From: an uncultured archaeon
GTDB taxonomy: Archaea; Iainarchaeota; Iainarchaeia; Iainarchaeales; 1-14-0-10-31-34
Assembly: GCA_964442255.1 (NCBI GenBank)
Contig: CAYTYC010000011.1
Span: forward strand, 1 to 42,600
Reading direction: 5' to 3'
Length of the DNA: 42,600 bases
Shown: positions 1-8,173 of the stretch, in pieces
Layout of the letters: each line of letters opens with the position of its first letter
Position numbering within the stretch: the stretch's first letter is position 1
Notes under the pieces: generated by a model
Told to the model about the DNA's origin: nothing
Seen by the model: the letters and a program-made list of their open reading frames with translations, nothing else
Databases searched by the model: none
Made by a program: the position numbers and the translations under genes

Positions 1-13
1 TCTCACACAGGGT

Positions 14-32
14 CAGGGGCTTTCAGCCCCTG
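14..32. repeat. Short GC-rich hairpin CAGGGGC-TTTCA-GCCCCTG
   Basis: Perfect 7-bp stem with a 5-nt loop. It resembles REP or IS200/IS605 end hairpins. Confidence 0.45.
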
Positions 33-55
33 TCACGCAGCGGGTGAGATTCGAA

Positions 56-126
56 GAAACTTTTCAAAAAAGTTTGGCCAAAAAACTGCCTTCGGCAAGT
101 GGCTTACGCCATGCGGCTTCGCCGTT
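56..126 (+). repeat. Palindromic dispersed element, copy A
   Basis: AAACTTTT-CAA-AAAAGTTT palindrome at 57-75, then GGCCAAAAAA, then three mini-hairpins: TGCC-TTC-GGCA, TGGC-TTAC-GCCA and CGGC-TTC-GCCG. The same architecture occurs at 26977-27016 (minus) and 33188-33272. Confidence 0.6.
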
Positions 127-136
127 GACGGAAAAA

Positions 137-190
137 GACATCCTCAACGAATTCAGGGAAACCCATTGCTTTAGCCGTGGAAGGATGTCA
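137..190 (+). mobile_element. IS200/IS605 right-end-like remnant (non-autonomous)
   Basis: GAAACCCATTGCTTTAGCCGTGGAAGGATGTCA resembles the IS605/TnpB right-end motif. GACATCCT (137-144) is the reverse complement of AGGATGTC (182-189). No transposase gene is present in the window. Confidence 0.5.
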
Positions 191-204
191 TAGGAACCAG
201 GCGT

Positions 205-840
205 TCACTTTATTTCAAATGTTTTGTCGCAGAACTGGCTTAATGCGTCCTTTATCCCGGAATGCTGGTCTGACTTCACCATCAAAAAGACGCCTTTGGT
301 TCTTGTTTCCCTCACCCGTCCGATTATTGAGTGAATGAATTTTTCAACTGCTTCCCGGTTGTTGTATATCAGAAGGGTTGAAACAGAGTCAAACACAAGG
401 AACCCCACCGAATTTTTTCCCAGCTTTTTCACCGCGTTGTCCACCTCAACACTTATCCCCACCAAATCGTTGGGGCTTTCAATGTAAACGCAGTTTTCGC
501 TTTTTGTTTCCGTTCTTCCCGTGCCCCGGGTGATTGCGTCAATGAAAAAGATTTTTCCCGAGTCCATTTTCTCGTTTTTCATTACCTCATTCAAATGCGA
601 GAAAGACTTGTTTAAGGTGATGTAAATCCCCGGGCTTTTTGCCTTTTTCAGGAGATACTTTATCAGCTGCACGTTTACCCGGGAGTAAGAAGTCGGCTCA
701 AGGAGGAGGAGGGTCGTGAAGTGTTGGGGCATTTCCTCCAGTTCCTTCATTATCTTCAGGTCAATGCTTCTTGTCGGGCTTAAGAGTTCGGTTATTTCTT
801 TGTCTTCCTCTTGCCTGTTTTCTTTCTTTTTTTTTGCCAT
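205..840 (-). CDS. Degenerate RecA/KaiC-fold protein (DUF7504-like), KaiC partner
   Basis: Motifs IYITLNK, FFIDAIT, LVFDSVSTLLIYN and FCDKTFEI are typical of inactivated KaiC-like domains. There is no Walker A motif. It lies 12 bp downstream of the KaiC-like ATPase. Confidence 0.7.
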   Translation of the reverse strand: MAKKKKENRQEEDKEITELLSPTRSIDLKIMKELEEMPQHFTTLLLLEPTSYSRVNVQLIKYLLKKAKSPGIYITLNKSFSHLNEVMKNEKMDSGKIFFIDAITRGTGRTETKSENCVYIESPNDLVGISVEVDNAVKKLGKNSVGFLVFDSVSTLLIYNNREAVEKFIHSIIGRVRETRTKGVFLMVKSDQHSGIKDALSQFCDKTFEIK

Positions 841-852
841 TCCTTTTTCACT

Positions 853-1629
853 TTAAAACTCGTCGAACAATTCCTGTTTTGCCAGCACCACAATCCCGTT
901 TTCCGTTATTTTTACTGGATGCAGTTTTTCCGATATCTTGGTGCCGCGCATTTTAAGTATTCCCACGCTTCTTATAAACCGGTTCTCTATTTTGGAGTGG
1001 TAAAGCAGTATTACCCCGTCTGCGACGTATTCCTCCAGCCCGAACAAACTCCTGGTTTTGTCCAAAGTGATTTCGTTTGTGATGATGGTTGTGCAGCCGA
1101 TTTTTTTCAGCATTTTTCCAAGCGAAAGGATTCTTTTCCTTGCGTCCAGTTCCCGGTCAAAGTACAGCCGGAACACAACTCCGGGGTCGATTACCACCCT
1201 TTTCGCCTTTAAAACCGAAATCAAGTCTTCAATCAAATTCTTTAGCTTGTCGAAATCATAGAGTTCCACTGAAGTTACGCTGATTTTGTTTTGCCCTATG
1301 AGCGTGTCAAAGTCCCATCCCCATTGCCTTGCAATCCTTAAAATGTCTGACTCGGTTTCCTCCAGGCTGATGTATATCCCGGGTTCATTGTATTTTGTTG
1401 CCCCTTCGTACAGGTACTCCAGGCAAAAGCAGGTTTTCCCTGAACCCGGGTCTCCGGCCAATACAACCAGGTTTCCTTTTGGTATTCCTCCGTCCAGGAG
1501 TTCATCCATTCCCGGCACACCGGTTTTTGTTCTTTCCATTTCAGGCCCATTTATTAAGTGTTTTCCTTTTTTTAAACCTGTTTCGGTTTCCCTTGTTTCT
1601 TCCCGTTTGTCCAGGCTTATTACTTGCAT
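853..1629 (-). CDS. Single-domain KaiC/RAD55-family ATPase (alternative start at 1539)
   Basis: KTGVPGMDELLDGGIP, Walker A GDPGSGKT, YISLEE, Walker B RVVID, EYVADGVI, ILKMRGT. Confidence 0.93.
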   Translation of the reverse strand: MQVISLDKREETRETETGLKKGKHLINGPEMERTKTGVPGMDELLDGGIPKGNLVVLAGDPGSGKTCFCLEYLYEGATKYNEPGIYISLEETESDILRIARQWGWDFDTLIGQNKISVTSVELYDFDKLKNLIEDLISVLKAKRVVIDPGVVFRLYFDRELDARKRILSLGKMLKKIGCTTIITNEITLDKTRSLFGLEEYVADGVILLYHSKIENRFIRSVGILKMRGTKISEKLHPVKITENGIVVLAKQELFDEF

Positions 1630-1944
1630 TTTTCCCCTTTCCCTGCTTTTTTTTCCCTTTTTTTTGTTCCTTTTATTTGGGTTTGCTTCATTTAATTAAC
1701 TTATTGTTCCGCGTTGCCTTGGTTTTTTTTTCATTCAGAAGAATCAGGCGAATTTTTTGCAGTGGAAGAAGAAACGGTGTTGATGTGAACGTTGAGTTAA
1801 GGTTCCTCGAACCCTTTCTCATTCCCCCACCAACACCATACTTATTTCTGCCTTTTTCCTTTTTAAAGCTTTTTCTTTTGCCTTCCAAACCCGGGTGAAA
1901 GGTTTTTTTCGCTTTCTTAAGCCTTTTTTTTTCCCTTACTTTTT

Positions 1945-1960
1945 CCAAAAGCTTTAAATA
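1945..1960 (+). promoter_or_regulatory. Putative archaeal BRE/TATA promoter of the major pilin
   Basis: CCAAAAG followed by TTTAAATA (1953-1960). A GGAGG ribosome-binding site lies at 2021-2025, ahead of the ATG at 2035. Confidence 0.55.
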
Positions 1961-2034
1961 CTACTATTGGATTAATCTATGGTAATTTGATGTTTTTGTA
2001 GTTTTTTAATCAATTGAAAAGGAGGAATGATGAA

Positions 2035-2511
2035 ATGCAAAACAAAGGACAATCTGCCCTTGAATACCTGATGACATACGGCTGGGCACTGGTTGTAATT
2101 GTGATAGTGATCGCGGTCTTGGTGTTTTTAATTAACCCGAGCCAGATTGGGGCAAATAACTGCACGGGCTTCGATAAACTTCCAATCACAGACCACACAA
2201 TAGCAACCACGACGTCTGATGGCGACACAATACAGCTTGTTTTGACCAACGAAACAGGAAGACAGATTAGTGTTTCAGAGGTATTAATGTCCGGAACACT
2301 CGGAGGATCGAACATCACGGACACCAATGCAGACGATTCGGGGGTCACAGGGACATTTGCGGTCAATGATAGTGAAACATGGGGCATAAACATTGCACCT
2401 GCGCTAACGGACAACCAGCAATACGATCTCTCTTTCACTATGACATACATAACGCCAGATGGTCTCAGCAAAAACGCTTCAGCGTCATGCAAGGGCACTT
2501 ACAAAGCGTAA
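2035..2511 (+). CDS. Archaeal type IV pilin (probable major pilin) with class III signal peptide
   Basis: MQNKG|QSALEYLMTYGWALVVIVIVIAVL is a canonical class III signal. The gene has a strong ribosome-binding site and its own promoter. Confidence 0.92.
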   Translation: MQNKGQSALEYLMTYGWALVVIVIVIAVLVFLINPSQIGANNCTGFDKLPITDHTIATTTSDGDTIQLVLTNETGRQISVSEVLMSGTLGGSNITDTNADDSGVTGTFAVNDSETWGINIAPALTDNQQYDLSFTMTYITPDGLSKNASASCKGTYKA

Positions 2512-2518
2512 GCAAGCC

Positions 2519-2542
2519 CTTCCTTTTTTCTATTTTTTTTTT
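2519..2542 (+). terminator. Oligo-T archaeal terminator after the pilin gene
   Basis: A pyrimidine/T tract begins just after the stop codon at 2511. Confidence 0.5.
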
Positions 2543-2675
2543 AGAAACCCCTTCCGGGAATCCCGCCTGTTTTAACGGGCGAATGAATTGTTTCCGTCAG
2601 GCCGTTTACGGGAAAAAAAAATCCGGGGGGCTTTAACCCGCCGTAGTTTAAACGTTTAGCTTAATTCCTGCTGGT

Positions 2676-3665
2676 TTAAAGAAGGTCTGCAAAGAAAGTG
2701 GTCAAACCAAACCTTACCGCAAAAAACAAGGCAAAAGAAATCAGCAGCAACAAGGGAAGGTACTTCAAACCGTTTTTTTCTTTTCCCGTGTTGATTGTCC
2801 CCATTGTCATTGACGCAAACACGGCGCCCACCAATATAAGGATTGATGAAAAGAACACAATGAATTCAACCGAAAGGCTTTCCTGGTCTCCCACGGCAAC
2901 AAACTGCCCCGCCGAGCCGGCTGACTGGAAGCCGCTTAAATCCTCCGGGTCAATGATTGAGCTCTGCGACCCCAGTATTTCCACTATAAAGGAGCTTATC
3001 CCCAAAAGCATTGGCGCCCCAATCGCTGAAGCAAAGAATATAAGCAAAACATACATGGAAACATTTGCTTTCACTTCCTCCTGAATGGACCTCTGCTCCC
3101 GTAAATCGTCGCTTAACTTCATCAATAAATCCGCTATCTGCCCCCCGGATTGTATTCCCTTTGAAATAAGCCACACGGTTCTCTCCAAAACCTTTGAGCG
3201 GATTCTTGTGGGCAGTTCAAGCAAAGCAATGTCAATTCTTTTTCCTGCAAGTATTTCCTTGCTTGCAAGCTTTAACTCTTTTTCTAATGGCCCAAACTCC
3301 GGGCGCGCGGAAACAAACAGCGCCCTTTCGGTTGTAAGCCCTGACTTAATGTTTGACGCAATCAGCTGCAGCGCGTCCGGAAGAATTTTTTCCACAAATT
3401 TTCCCTTGCTTTCGGATGCAATGCTAAGCCAAACGTAAACTCCTGCAAGAAATAAAACAAACACAACCGGAATGCTTATAAAAACAGGGAAACCCAGAAA
3501 AAAGAACAAATTAAGTGAAACCCCTGTGCTTATCCCCAGCCCGAACAGCACCAAAAACCCGAGAAAGCTTCTTTCGCTTACATCTATCCCCAAATACTCC
3601 AGTTCTTTCCTGAAGCTTTCAACCAACGGCCTTGGAAGTATTGCCCCGACCCTTTCATATTTCAT
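2676..3665 (-). CDS. Type II secretion system F family platform protein (TadC/ArlJ-like)
   Basis: EKILPDALQLIASNIKSGLTTERAL...EFGPL motif, several transmembrane segments, and position downstream of the TadA ATPase. Confidence 0.92.
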   Translation of the reverse strand: MKYERVGAILPRPLVESFRKELEYLGIDVSERSFLGFLVLFGLGISTGVSLNLFFFLGFPVFISIPVVFVLFLAGVYVWLSIASESKGKFVEKILPDALQLIASNIKSGLTTERALFVSARPEFGPLEKELKLASKEILAGKRIDIALLELPTRIRSKVLERTVWLISKGIQSGGQIADLLMKLSDDLREQRSIQEEVKANVSMYVLLIFFASAIGAPMLLGISSFIVEILGSQSSIIDPEDLSGFQSAGSAGQFVAVGDQESLSVEFIVFFSSILILVGAVFASMTMGTINTGKEKNGLKYLPLLLLISFALFFAVRFGLTTFFADLL

Positions 3666-3902
3666 TTTCAGCTCTCCATTAAGGTTTGTTCATGCGCCAG
3701 CACAGTGCCAGCTCCAGCCTTCACCTTTTCATATTTCATTTTCAGCTCTCCATTAAGGTTTGTTCATGCGCCAGCACAGTGCCAGCTCCAGCCTTCACCT
3801 TTTCATATTTCATTTTCAGCTCTCCATTGGAAAGAATTTTTGAAAACATTGGGGAACGCCATCCTAATTCACCTTTTCATATTTCATTTTCAGCTCTCCA
3901 TT
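3649..3902. repeat. CRISPR-like array with a 74-bp period: 35-bp repeat and three 39-bp spacers, derived from the tadB/tadC junction
   Basis: TTCACCTTTTCATATTTCATTTTCAGCTCTCCATT at 3720-3754, 3794-3828 and 3868-3902, plus a degenerate copy ending at 3680. Spacers 3681-3719 and 3755-3793 are identical. Spacer 3829-3867 is unrelated but the same length. Confidence 0.9.
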
Positions 3903-4789
3903 AATGTTGGCCTCTTGGATTTAATTATCCCCAAAAACATGAACTGCCCCACTGAAACCCCTGCAAGCAGAACCCAGAAAAGGAAGCCAGGCAGTGAAAT
4001 CTGCGGAAAGGAAGCAATCACGATGAAAAAAGTTATTCCCAGCGCAGGAATAATGACTCCAATCATCATGTACATTAGGCTTAACAGCTTTAACTCCGCG
4101 CCGTATCTTCGGATTGAAATCCCTTCCTCTTTAATCATTGTCCCCACAAGCTCGTTCATCACATCCGTTACGTCCGCGCCTGCCTTCATTCCGTTCACCA
4201 TCTGCCAGATGCTTCTCCTGAAGAAAGGCGAAGGGTTGTTCATCGCCATTTTTTGGAGTGCCTGTTCCTCTATTGCCCCCGTGCTTATTTCCTCTATGGC
4301 TTTGCTGAATTCCTTGCTTACCGCGCCGTATTTGCCTTCCGCAACCATTGTCATCGCGTCAAACAAGCTTACCCCTGACTGCAGCTGCACCAGCATTGTC
4401 CTTAAAGCGTAAATAAGGTTTCCCTCTAAATCCCTTACCTTTCTTTTGATTAAAATTTTTGGGTACATGCTTACCTGGATAAGAATAAGGAATGCAAGTA
4501 TTGCCCCCGCAGTTGGGGCAAGGAAGAGCGCCTGTTCCGGTGCAATCTTCAAGGCAATCACATAGAATATGAAGCTAAGCAGAAGAAAGTAGATCAGTGT
4601 CAGGCTGAAGCCGATTGCACCGTACTCTTCCGGCTCAAAGTCCATTTGCGCCTGCTTCAGCTCTATTTTCAGGTAGGGAAAGGCGTTTGCGAGCTTTGCC
4701 CCTATTCCAATGAACCTTGCGGAAATGGCTTCCATTAGGGGAGGCGGAAGGAAACTGAAGGGAATTGTTTTCTTTTTTCTTTCAGCCAT
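3890..4789 (-). CDS. Type II secretion system F family platform protein (TadB-like)
   Basis: LIYALRTMLVQLQSGVSLFDAM...YGAVSKEF motif and transmembrane segments. The ATG at 4789 overlaps the end of the ATPase gene. Confidence 0.9.
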   Translation of the reverse strand: MAERKKKTIPFSFLPPPLMEAISARFIGIGAKLANAFPYLKIELKQAQMDFEPEEYGAIGFSLTLIYFLLLSFIFYVIALKIAPEQALFLAPTAGAILAFLILIQVSMYPKILIKRKVRDLEGNLIYALRTMLVQLQSGVSLFDAMTMVAEGKYGAVSKEFSKAIEEISTGAIEEQALQKMAMNNPSPFFRRSIWQMVNGMKAGADVTDVMNELVGTMIKEEGISIRRYGAELKLLSLMYMMIGVIIPALGITFFIVIASFPQISLPGFLFWVLLAGVSVGQFMFLGIIKSKRPTLMES

Positions 4790-6317
4790 CCGCTTCCCCT
4801 TTTTTTTCCAGCAAAAAGTCCGGCAAGGCGTGTTTTTCCATCGGCTCAATTATTCTTTCCGGTTCCCTGTAATAGTTTGCGATTACCCGTCCCACGTCGT
4901 TTATTTTCCTGATGTTTTTTTCAACCATCCATTCCAGTATGCTTTGCTTTACTTTCAGATCGCTTTTTATTTCGCTCATGCTTAACCCCGTGTGCAGTCC
5001 CAGTTCATCGTAAAGCCGGATGCTTTCCGCGTGCTTTGTTATTTCGTCTGTTGCGCCTTTCCACCTGTACAAAACATTGGGCTTAATTACTTCGTCCCCT
5101 GACCCCCGTTTTTCCGGAATGAATTCCGCCACCTGCAGCACCCTTCTTGCCCCTATCCTCCTGTTCCTGAACATGACCACATTCAAATGAACCGCGTCCA
5201 GCATTGTTGTTGGAATTGAAATCGGCGGGTTAACCAGCCTCCTGATTGTTTCTTCCGCAGTGTTTGCGTGCACTGTCGTGTAAGCGCTGTGCCCGGTGTG
5301 CATTCCTTCAAACAATACTTCAGCCTCTTTTTGCCTCCTGATTTCCCCCACAATTATCCTGTCCGGCCTCATCCTCAAGGAGTTCACAAGCAAATCCAGC
5401 ATGGAAATTCCGCCTTTTCCTTCAGGATTCGGCTCCCTTGTTGTTAATGGAACCCAGTGCAGAAATGGCGGAAGCATTAGTTCGCGGGTGTCTTCAATTG
5501 AAATAACCCGGTGGTTTGGCTGCAGGAAAGGCATTAAAACGTTCAGGAAACTGGTCTTCCCCGATGCAGTGCCTCCGCTCATGAGGACGTTGATTTCATA
5601 CTGCAATGCCATCCAGAGCAGCGCCATTACTTCAGGGTTTGATGTGTTGTTTTTAATGAAGTCTGTGACTGTCCACGGCTCTCTCCTGAATCTCCTGATT
5701 GTTAAGGTGTTTCCTTTGCTTGAAATGGGGTAAAGGGTTGCGTTTGCCCTGTCACCTGTCACCAGGTGGGCGTCAAGCAGCGGATGCAGGGTGGTGATTT
5801 GCTTTCCAACCCTTCTTGCAATGATTGCCGCATAGTTTTGGATTTCTTCTTCCGGCTCAATGTAAATGTTTGTTTTCAGCCACCCGAATTCCTTGTGGTA
5901 AACCCATACGGGGTCTTTTGCCGCGTTTACCACTATTTCCTCCAAATTGTGGTCTGATAAGAGGAACTCTATTCTCCCCAGCCCAAGCATTTCCTGCAAC
6001 AGGATTCCGATCAGGGTTTTCTTTGTTTTTTCTTCCATGTCAGGGAGTTCCCTTGCGAGGGTGGATTCCGCCCTGAAAGCAAATTTTTCTTTCAGTGATT
6101 CAATGAATTTTGCGTCCAGCATTTTTTCCGCGTCAATTGAAATATCGGTTATGATTGAGTTTTTCAGGTTCTGGAGAAGCGCTTTTGTTCCCGGCCCGTA
6201 TTCCGGGAAATTCAGGTAGTATATGCTTACAAATGAGGCGGACTTTTCAATTATTTCAACGTCCACTTCCACATTGTCTACTTCCAGCCTGTAAGTTTTC
6301 AGCACTTTTTCCTTCAT
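4782..6317 (-). CDS. Type II/IV secretion ATPase (VirB11/TadA/ArlI family)
   Basis: Walker A GGTASGKT, SIEDTREL, LRMRPDRIIVGEIR and His box HTGH...TVHA. Confidence 0.96.
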   Translation of the reverse strand: MKEKVLKTYRLEVDNVEVDVEIIEKSASFVSIYYLNFPEYGPGTKALLQNLKNSIITDISIDAEKMLDAKFIESLKEKFAFRAESTLARELPDMEEKTKKTLIGILLQEMLGLGRIEFLLSDHNLEEIVVNAAKDPVWVYHKEFGWLKTNIYIEPEEEIQNYAAIIARRVGKQITTLHPLLDAHLVTGDRANATLYPISSKGNTLTIRRFRREPWTVTDFIKNNTSNPEVMALLWMALQYEINVLMSGGTASGKTSFLNVLMPFLQPNHRVISIEDTRELMLPPFLHWVPLTTREPNPEGKGGISMLDLLVNSLRMRPDRIIVGEIRRQKEAEVLFEGMHTGHSAYTTVHANTAEETIRRLVNPPISIPTTMLDAVHLNVVMFRNRRIGARRVLQVAEFIPEKRGSGDEVIKPNVLYRWKGATDEITKHAESIRLYDELGLHTGLSMSEIKSDLKVKQSILEWMVEKNIRKINDVGRVIANYYREPERIIEPMEKHALPDFLLEKKGEADG

Positions 6318-6353
6318 TCCTTTTTCCCTTCCTTTTTTTTTGGCAAAACGCCC

Positions 6354-8114
6354 CTAAAATCTTTTTTTCTTTTTTTCCTGCTTTTTCTTTACTTTTTGGA
6401 TTGCTTCAATTAAGTCTATTTTTGTGTCCACTATTTTGATGTCCCCTACCGCGGGATACTTTATTTTTATTAACCCGCTGTCTTCCAGGATGTCGCAGCA
6501 TTCCTTCAGCCTTTTGTTGTCCATTTTCAGCTCTTTTTGCGCCTGCCTGAAGCTCACGGTTTCGCGCTCTTTTATCAGTGTAAGCAGTTTGTCAAAGCCG
6601 GTCACGATTTTTGGGGTTTCAATTTCCTTGAATATTTCCTTTACTTCCGGCTTTTTTTTCTTTGGAATTCCTGTCGGAACCTCGAATGCCTTTGCATCCG
6701 CTGCCTTTTTTTCTGTCCCTTGTTTTGATTCAATAAGGCTTATCAGTTTGTCAAAGTCGCTTACAAGCTTTGATGCCCCCACTTGCTTGATGTTTGCCTG
6801 CATTTCCCCCCTTGAAAGGTTGTACCGGTTCATGAGTGTTTCAACCTTGTTTTCCAGTTCCTTTATTTTTCCTGTGCCCACTCCCTGCATTTCTTTTTCT
6901 TCCGCCAGCCCGACGTTTTCCGTTGGAGAGGGCGCAATTTCCCCGGCCGGCCGGTATTTCTCCATTATTTTTTGAATTGCCTCCCTTTTTTTGTCTGGAC
7001 TTTCTTTTTCCACTTTTTTTCCAGCCATTGGCTCCCTGTATCCTTTCAGTATTTCTTCAACTGTTTTTTTCCTTTTCTTTTCGGGTTCTTCTGTTTTCTT
7101 TGGGGCGGGCTGCGGGGCGTCTTTGCTTTCAGCCCCGGTTTGGGGTTTGCTTGTTTCAATTTCCGGTTCTTTCAGTGCATCTTCCGTTTCCTTTTTTCCT
7201 GCGCTGCGCCATTGCTTTTTTTCCCCCGTTTTGGGAGCCTTTTTTGCCGTTTTTTCTTTTTTTGCCTTTAATTCCAGCAGCCTTTTTTTTTCGCTGTAAT
7301 CGTACATTTTTTCCCTGAACTCTTTTTCGGTTACCTGTCTTCTGAAATAGGATTTCCTCAAGTGCTTTATTTTTTCCTCCATTTCCTCCAGTTCTTCTTC
7401 TGCTGTTTTTTTTTCCGGAGCCTGTTCCGTTGCAACCGGTTTTTCGGCTGCAGCCTGCGCGGGCGGCGCATAGCTTTTCCCGGGAAATTGTATTCCTGGA
7501 CGGATTATCCGGATTCCGCCTTCTGCCTTGATTATTGTTTGCGCGCCATTTTTCTTTTTCTTTGTTGTTTTCTTTTTTGGTTTTTTTTCTTTTTTTTCCC
7601 CTTTTTTTTGGTATTTTTTGAGTATTTCCGATATTTTTTCTTTTTTTCTTTTTTTTCCCCTTTTTTTTGGCGCCTTTTTTTCTTTTGCCTTTGCTTTTGT
7701 TTTTCTCCTGCTTTTTCTTTTTTTCTTTTTTTCCAGGATTTTTCTTTTCTTTGCTTCTTCCGCCGTTTCCGGTATTCCGGAAATTTTTTTCCCAAGTGTT
7801 TCTTTTGTTTTCCTCAAAACCTCCAAATGCATCAGCGCCCTTTCCACTTCAACGGCCATTCTTTCCTCCTGCCTTATAAGCGTCATTACATTTTCTTGCT
7901 GTCTTTTTTTCCAGTCCCTGTCTTTTTTTCTTCCAAGTATTCTTCCAAAAAGCCACAGCCTGTGCCCGCCTTTTTTTCGGAGCTTTTTTTCTTCGCCTTT
8001 CCTTTTTTTCCTTATTTTGTCCAGGTTTTCCCCCAGCTTTTGAAGCTCTTTTTCAGCGTTTTCCCCGATTGCCCGGAATTTTTCCTTTATTTCGCTCATT
8101 TTTTTTGTCCCCAT
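6354..8114 (-). CDS. Lys/Glu-rich low-complexity protein with a C-terminal winged-helix-like domain
   Basis: 586-aa ORF co-oriented with the pilus genes. The C-terminal FDKLLTLIKERETVSFRQAQKELKM...CDILEDSGLIKIKYP fits a wHTH pattern. Confidence 0.7.
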   Translation of the reverse strand: MGTKKMSEIKEKFRAIGENAEKELQKLGENLDKIRKKRKGEEKKLRKKGGHRLWLFGRILGRKKDRDWKKRQQENVMTLIRQEERMAVEVERALMHLEVLRKTKETLGKKISGIPETAEEAKKRKILEKKKKRKSRRKTKAKAKEKKAPKKRGKKRKKEKISEILKKYQKKGEKKEKKPKKKTTKKKKNGAQTIIKAEGGIRIIRPGIQFPGKSYAPPAQAAAEKPVATEQAPEKKTAEEELEEMEEKIKHLRKSYFRRQVTEKEFREKMYDYSEKKRLLELKAKKEKTAKKAPKTGEKKQWRSAGKKETEDALKEPEIETSKPQTGAESKDAPQPAPKKTEEPEKKRKKTVEEILKGYREPMAGKKVEKESPDKKREAIQKIMEKYRPAGEIAPSPTENVGLAEEKEMQGVGTGKIKELENKVETLMNRYNLSRGEMQANIKQVGASKLVSDFDKLISLIESKQGTEKKAADAKAFEVPTGIPKKKKPEVKEIFKEIETPKIVTGFDKLLTLIKERETVSFRQAQKELKMDNKRLKECCDILEDSGLIKIKYPAVGDIKIVDTKIDLIEAIQKVKKKQEKKKKRF

Positions 8115-8122
8115 AATTGTTG

Positions 8123-8163
8123 CTGTTTAACTATTTATTACTGTTTAACTATTTATTACTGTT
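8123..8163. repeat. 18-bp tandem repeat (2.3 copies) in the promoter region
   Basis: CTGTTTAACTATTTATTA at 8123-8140 and 8141-8158, followed by CTGTT. Confidence 0.85.
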
Positions 8164-8173
8164 CCTCCGGGTT

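Noticed and set aside
1688..1948. 86-aa Lys-rich minus-strand ORF
   Set aside because: It is a low-complexity product of T tracts with no motif or clear ribosome-binding site. It may be intergenic.
3649..3902. Calling the 74-bp-period array a canonical CRISPR locus
   Set aside because: There are no cas genes or leader in the window, the repeat is the coding gene junction and is not palindromic, and two of three spacers are identical. Kept as a CRISPR-like repeat.
2676..6317. Archaellum operon
   Set aside because: There are two separate platform genes, no archaellins or ArlF/G, and the pilins are not archaellin-like.
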